From: the human T2T-CHM13v2.0 reference genome, Homo sapiens
Assembly: GCF_009914755.1 (NCBI RefSeq)
Contig: NC_060927.1
Length of the DNA stretch: 64,000 bases
Direction: 5' to 3' (one strand)
The stretch's first letter is position 1; every line of letters begins with the position of its first letter. Positions 59,014 through 64,000 of the stretch are shown here, piece after piece. A program made the position numbers and the translations under genes. The notes below the pieces were generated by a model that was not told the origin of the DNA, did no database searches, and saw only the letters and a list, made by a program, of their open reading frames with translations.

Positions 59014-62000
59014 CTAGTAATTTTTGCACATTGATTTTGTAACCTGAAACTGCTGAAATTATTATTATTTCTTTTCTTCTACTAATTTTGGGTCTGGTTT
59101 GTTCTTGCTTTTCTAGTTTTTTAAGATGCATCATTAGATTGTTTATTTGATGTTTTTCCTCTTTTTTGGTATAGACACTTATAAACTTCCATCTTAGGAC
59201 TCCTTTTTCTGTATTCCATAGGTTTTGATATGTTGTGTTTCCATTATAATTTATTTCAACACATTTTTCAATTTCCTTAATTCCTTCATTGACCCACTGG
59301 TTATTCAGGAGCATACTATTTAATTACCATATATTTGTATAGTTTCATAAATTCCTCTAGCTATTGATTTCTAGGTTTATTCTATTGTGGTCAGAGAAGA
59401 TGCTTGATATTGTTTCATTTGTTTCTTGAATGTTTTAAGACTTGTTTTGTGACCAAACATACGGTATATCCTTGAGAATGATCCATGTGCTGAGAAAAAG
59501 AGTGTGCATTCTGCAGCTCTTGGATCTAATTTTCTGTAAATATCTATTAGATCCATGTGGTGTATAGTGCATATTAAGACTGAAGTTTCTTTATTGCTTT
59601 TCTGCCTGGAAGTTTGTCCAGTGCTGAAAGTGGGATGTTCATGTCTCCACATTATTATTGTATTGGGTCCTATATCTCTCTTTAGCTCTAATAATATTTG
59701 CTTTATATATCTGGATGCTACAGTGTTGGGTACATGTATATTGTTATATTCTTTTGCTGAATTGGCCTCTTTATCATTATACAGTGATCTTCTTTGTCTC
59801 TTCTTACACTTTTTGTCTTGAAATCTATTTTGTGTGATATAAATATAGCTACTGCTCCATTTACTTCTGCTCCTCTGTTCTTTGGTTTTCATTAGCATGG
59901 CATATCTTTTTCCATCCTTTCATTTTCAGTATATGTATATATTTATAGATGAATTGTGTTTCTTGTAGGCAACAGATAAGTGGTTCTTGTTTTTTCATCC
60001 ACTCGGCCACTTTATGTCTTTTGATTGGAGAGTATAGTCCATTTACATTTATTATTGATGAGTAAGGACTTACTCTTGCCATTTTGTAATTTGTTTTCCA
60101 GTTGTTTTGTGGTATTCCTTTTTTTCCTTGTCTTCCTTTAGTGATTTTCTCTGGTAATATAATTTACTTCCTTGCTTTTTAATTTTTGTGTATTTGGTGT
60201 ATGTTTCTTGGTTTGAGGTTACAATGAGACTTGCAACTACTATCTTATAACCCATTATTTTGAGCTGATACCAACTTAACACTATTTGTCATAAACAAAC
60301 AAGCACAAAAAACTAATAAAAATTATATGCCTTAACTTTATCCCTCCACTTTTTAACATTTTGTTGTTCCTATTTATATCTTATTGTACTGTCATTGTCT
60401 TGAAAAGTTGTTGTAGTTGTTATTTTTGATTGGTTCATCATTTAGTCTTTCTACTTAGGATAAGAGTAGTTTATACAACCCAGTTACAGTCTTATAATAT
60501 TCTGTGTTTTTCTATGTACTTACTATTACCAGTGAGTTTTGTACCTTCAGGTAATTAGTTATTGCTCATTAACATCCTCTTCTTTCTGAAGTACTCCCTT
60601 TAGCATTTCTTATAGGACAGATCTGGTGTTGATGAAATCCTTCAGCTTTTTTTGTCTGAGAAAGTCTTCATTTCTCCTTCATGTCTGAAAAGTTTTTCAT
60701 AAGATATATTATTCTAGGGCAAAAGTTATTTTCCTTCAGCCCTTTAAATATGTCATGCCACTGTCTCCTGGCTTGTAAGGTTTCCACTGAGAAGTCTGCA
60801 GCCAGATGTATGGGAGCTCCATTGTATGATATTTGTTTCTTTTCTCTTGCTGCTTTTAAGATCCTTTCTTTATCCTTGATCCTTGGGAGTTTGATTATTA
60901 AACAACTTGAGGTAGTCTTCTTTGGGTTAAATCTGCTTGATATTCTACAGCCTTCTTGTACTTGGATATTTAATATCTTTCTCTAGGTTTGGGAAGTTTT
61001 CTGTTGTTATCCCTTTGAATAAACTTTCTACCCCTATCTCTTTCTCTACCTTCTCTTTAAGACAAATAACTCTTAGATTTGCCCTTTCGAGGCTATTTAT
61101 TAGGTTCTGTAGGCATGTTTCATTGTTTTTTATTCTTTTTTTGGTCTCCTCTGATGGTGTATTTTCAAATAATTTGTCTTTAAGTTCACTAATTTTTTTC
61201 TTCTGCTTGATTCATTCTGCTATTAAAGGACTCTAATGCATTGTTCAGTGTGCCAACTGCATTTTTTTGCTCCAGAATTTCTGCTTGATTCTTTTTATTT
61301 CAATCTCTTTGTGAAATCTAGCTGATAGAATTCTGAATTCCATCTCTGTGTTATCTTGAATTTGAGTTTCCTCAACACAGCTATTTTGAATTTTCTGTCT
61401 TAAAGGTAACATATTTATGTTTCTCCAGGATTGCTCCCTGGTGCCTTATTTAGTTCATTTGGTGAGGTCATGTTTTCCTGGATTATCTTTATACGTGTAG
61501 ATGTCTAGGCATTGAGGAGTTAGGTATTTATTATAGTTTTAACTGTCTGGGCTTCTTTGTACCTGTACTTGTTGAGAAGATTTTTCAGATATTTGAAAGG
61601 ACTTGGGTGTTGAGATCTAAGCTGTATCTGCTTTAGGGGGCACCCCATGCTTAGTAATTCTATAGTTCTTGAAGACTCATAGAGGTACCACCTTGATGGT
61701 CTTGGACAAGATCTGGAAGAATTATCTGTATTACCAGGCAGAGATTCTTGTTCTCTTGCCTTACTTTTTCCCAAGCAAACCGTGTCTCTCTCTTTCAGTT
61801 CTGAGCCACCTAAATCTGGGTGTGGAGTGACACATGCACCCCTGCAGCCACCACCACTATGACTCGCTGGGTCAGACCTGAAGCCAGCACAGTAGTGGGT
61901 CTTGCCCAAGGCCTGCTGAACCACTCCCTGGCTATTGCCTATGTTTGCTCAAGGCCTTGTGGCTTTACAATCACAGGTAGCAAAGCCAGCCAGGCTTGTG

Positions 62001-63360
62001 TCCAGGTTGGTGAATCCCCCCAGGCCCCAGATGGGTCTAGAGGTGCCATCTGGGGTCAGAGACTAGAGTCAAAATCCTTAGAAGTCTACCTGGTATTCTA
62101 TTGTATTGTGGCTGAGCTGGCCATCAAGCCACAGGATGGCAGTCCTTCCCATTCTTCCCTCCTCTTTACAAAGGCAGAAAAGCTTCATCCTCTAGCTACC
62201 ACCATTACAGGCCATGGGGAGTTCTACCAGACTGCCACTGATGTTCCCTTAAGACCCAAGGGCTCTTCAGTCAGCTTGTGGTGAATGCTGTCTTTCCTGG
62301 GACCCACCCTTCAGAGCAATGGGCTCCCTTCTGGCCCAGGGTGGGTCCAGAATGCCATCCAAGAGTCAAGTCTTTGAATCGGGGACCCCAAGAGCCCCCC
62401 TGGTGCTCTACTCCCCTGTGGTCAAGCTGGTACCTGAAGCCAGCAAGTTTCAGAGGCTCACCCAAGGCCTTCAACATAGTACCTGGGCATCACTGCTGGT
62501 TATTCAGGACCCAAAGGCTCTTCAGTTAGCATGTGATCAATGCTGCCAGGACTGGGTTCTTCCCTTCAAGGCAGCAGATTCCTTTCTGCCCCAGGGTGTT
62601 TCTGGAAATGTCATTTAGGAGCTAGGGCTTGGAACAGGGGCCTCATGACTCTGACCAGTGCCCTATTCTGCTGTGGGATCAAAGATACAAGACACAGTCC
62701 CCTCCACTCTTCTCTCTCCTCTCCTCAAGTGAAAGGAAGGGCTCTCTTTTGGAGCCATGAGTTGTGCAGCCGGGGTTAGGGGAGGGGTGATGCCAGCACT
62801 TTCTTAGCTATCCCTGCTGGTGTCTCAGTAGTCACATGCCCCCAAGTCCACCCAGTTCAGCACTACCACTCACCTAAGAGTTCAGTCCTTATGGCCTAGA
62901 CAGCCTTTCAAATTTACTTAGAGACCCAGAGCCCTTTAGCCCATCATGGCAATTGACCTCTGGGGATTAGTGATTCCCCTCTGGCTAGGGCTGGTCCAAA
63001 TGCTTCCTCTGTGGGTGGATATAAGCTGAGTTTGGTTTGGTTTTTCTTTCTGGTCTAACAGACAGCCTTGAGTTCATCAATGCCTCACACTTGCTATGCT
63101 CTCCCTCTCCCCAGCACCCAGAAATACTCTCCACACCATGCTGCACTGCTGCGGATGAGGGAAGGATGGTGTCGGGGCTTCAAGACTGTTTTTCCTACCT
63201 CTTCAGTGCCTCTTTCAGTGATATGAAGTTAAAACCAGGTACTATGAGTGCTCACCTGATTTGTGGTTCTTATGGAGGTGCTTTGCTCGTGTATATAGTT
63301 GTTAACTTGGATTCCTTGCAAGTGGGACAATAGGTGGAGCCTTGTATTCTGCCATCTTGC

Positions 63361-63490
63361 TTCCCATTTTATGATGAGAAATATGGTGGTTACAAAGGTT
63401 AAATAACTTGCCCAAGGTCACAATATCTGGTAGAGCCGGGCCTTAAACCCAGATGGGTGTTGTAAAGTTACAGCTCTACCTCCTATAAGG
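63361..63490. mobile_element. MIR core; host of the L1 nest, with its other part at about 44030-44069
   Basis: cccattttatgatgag...aggttaaataacttgcccaaggtcaca. Confidence 0.75.
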
Positions 63491-64000
63491 ATAATGTTAA
63501 GCTAAGTAGGCTCCTAAAATACTCATTAAATAAACATTCTGCAAAAGTTAGTTCTCTTCTCTTCTTTCTATGTTGTGTCTCCTATAACACTTTGGTCAGA
63601 AGTAAATGTCTAAAAAAAAGAGTCAAGAAAAAGTGGACTAGAAGATGGGGTGAAGGTGTAATGGGCAGGGAACTGGTACAAATCACTGGAGCCCGGAAGT
63701 CTGGAAAAGGACCCAGTGCAACTCCCATGTAAAGATTTTTAGCCTGTCTTCTACTGCTGAGGTCTTGAAAATAAGGTCTTCACAGGACCCAAACCTACTC
63801 ATGGTAACCCTGTCTATAAATATTGATTGATTTCCAGAAAACACTAATTTTTTTTAGAATGTATCTATGTATGTGTGTGTGTGTATATATATGTATATGG
63901 AATATAATAAATAATATCATATATAGTATTATATATTTATAAATTTGGATATCATATAGGAGTGGCCCTTTATTTTTTTAAACTCATTTACAGTGGATTT

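Noticed and set aside
61520-63333. Cluster of 80-150 aa GC-richer ORFs
   Set aside because: They fall inside the L1MA 5' UTR and show no recognisable protein similarity or splice structure.

Overview
Primate genomic DNA, most likely human 3q23. It contains the last coding exon of MRPS22 (+ strand, 472-567) tail-to-tail with the complete COPB2 gene (beta'-COP, - strand). I assembled 22 GT-AG coding exons by hand: 2721 nt, 906 aa, ATG at 33107-33109. A CpG-rich promoter at about 32.8-33.8 kb carries two TGACGTGG elements plus ETS, NRF1-like, TCTCGCGA, GC-box and X-box motifs. Introns and upstream DNA hold Alus, a U6 retrocopy, an MSTA-like LTR and MER1B, MER44, MER46 and Charlie1 DNA transposon relics. 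From 44.1 to 63.4 kb there is a 19.3-kb nested L1 stack (L1MA > old L1PA > L1PB > full-length L1PA) inserted into a MIR. The most unexplained element is a ~145-bp two-copy hairpin-rich repeat in introns 16 and 17 of COPB2. I found no convincing evidence of a wholly new biological system. Repeat subfamily names come from recalled consensus motifs, not from a database search.
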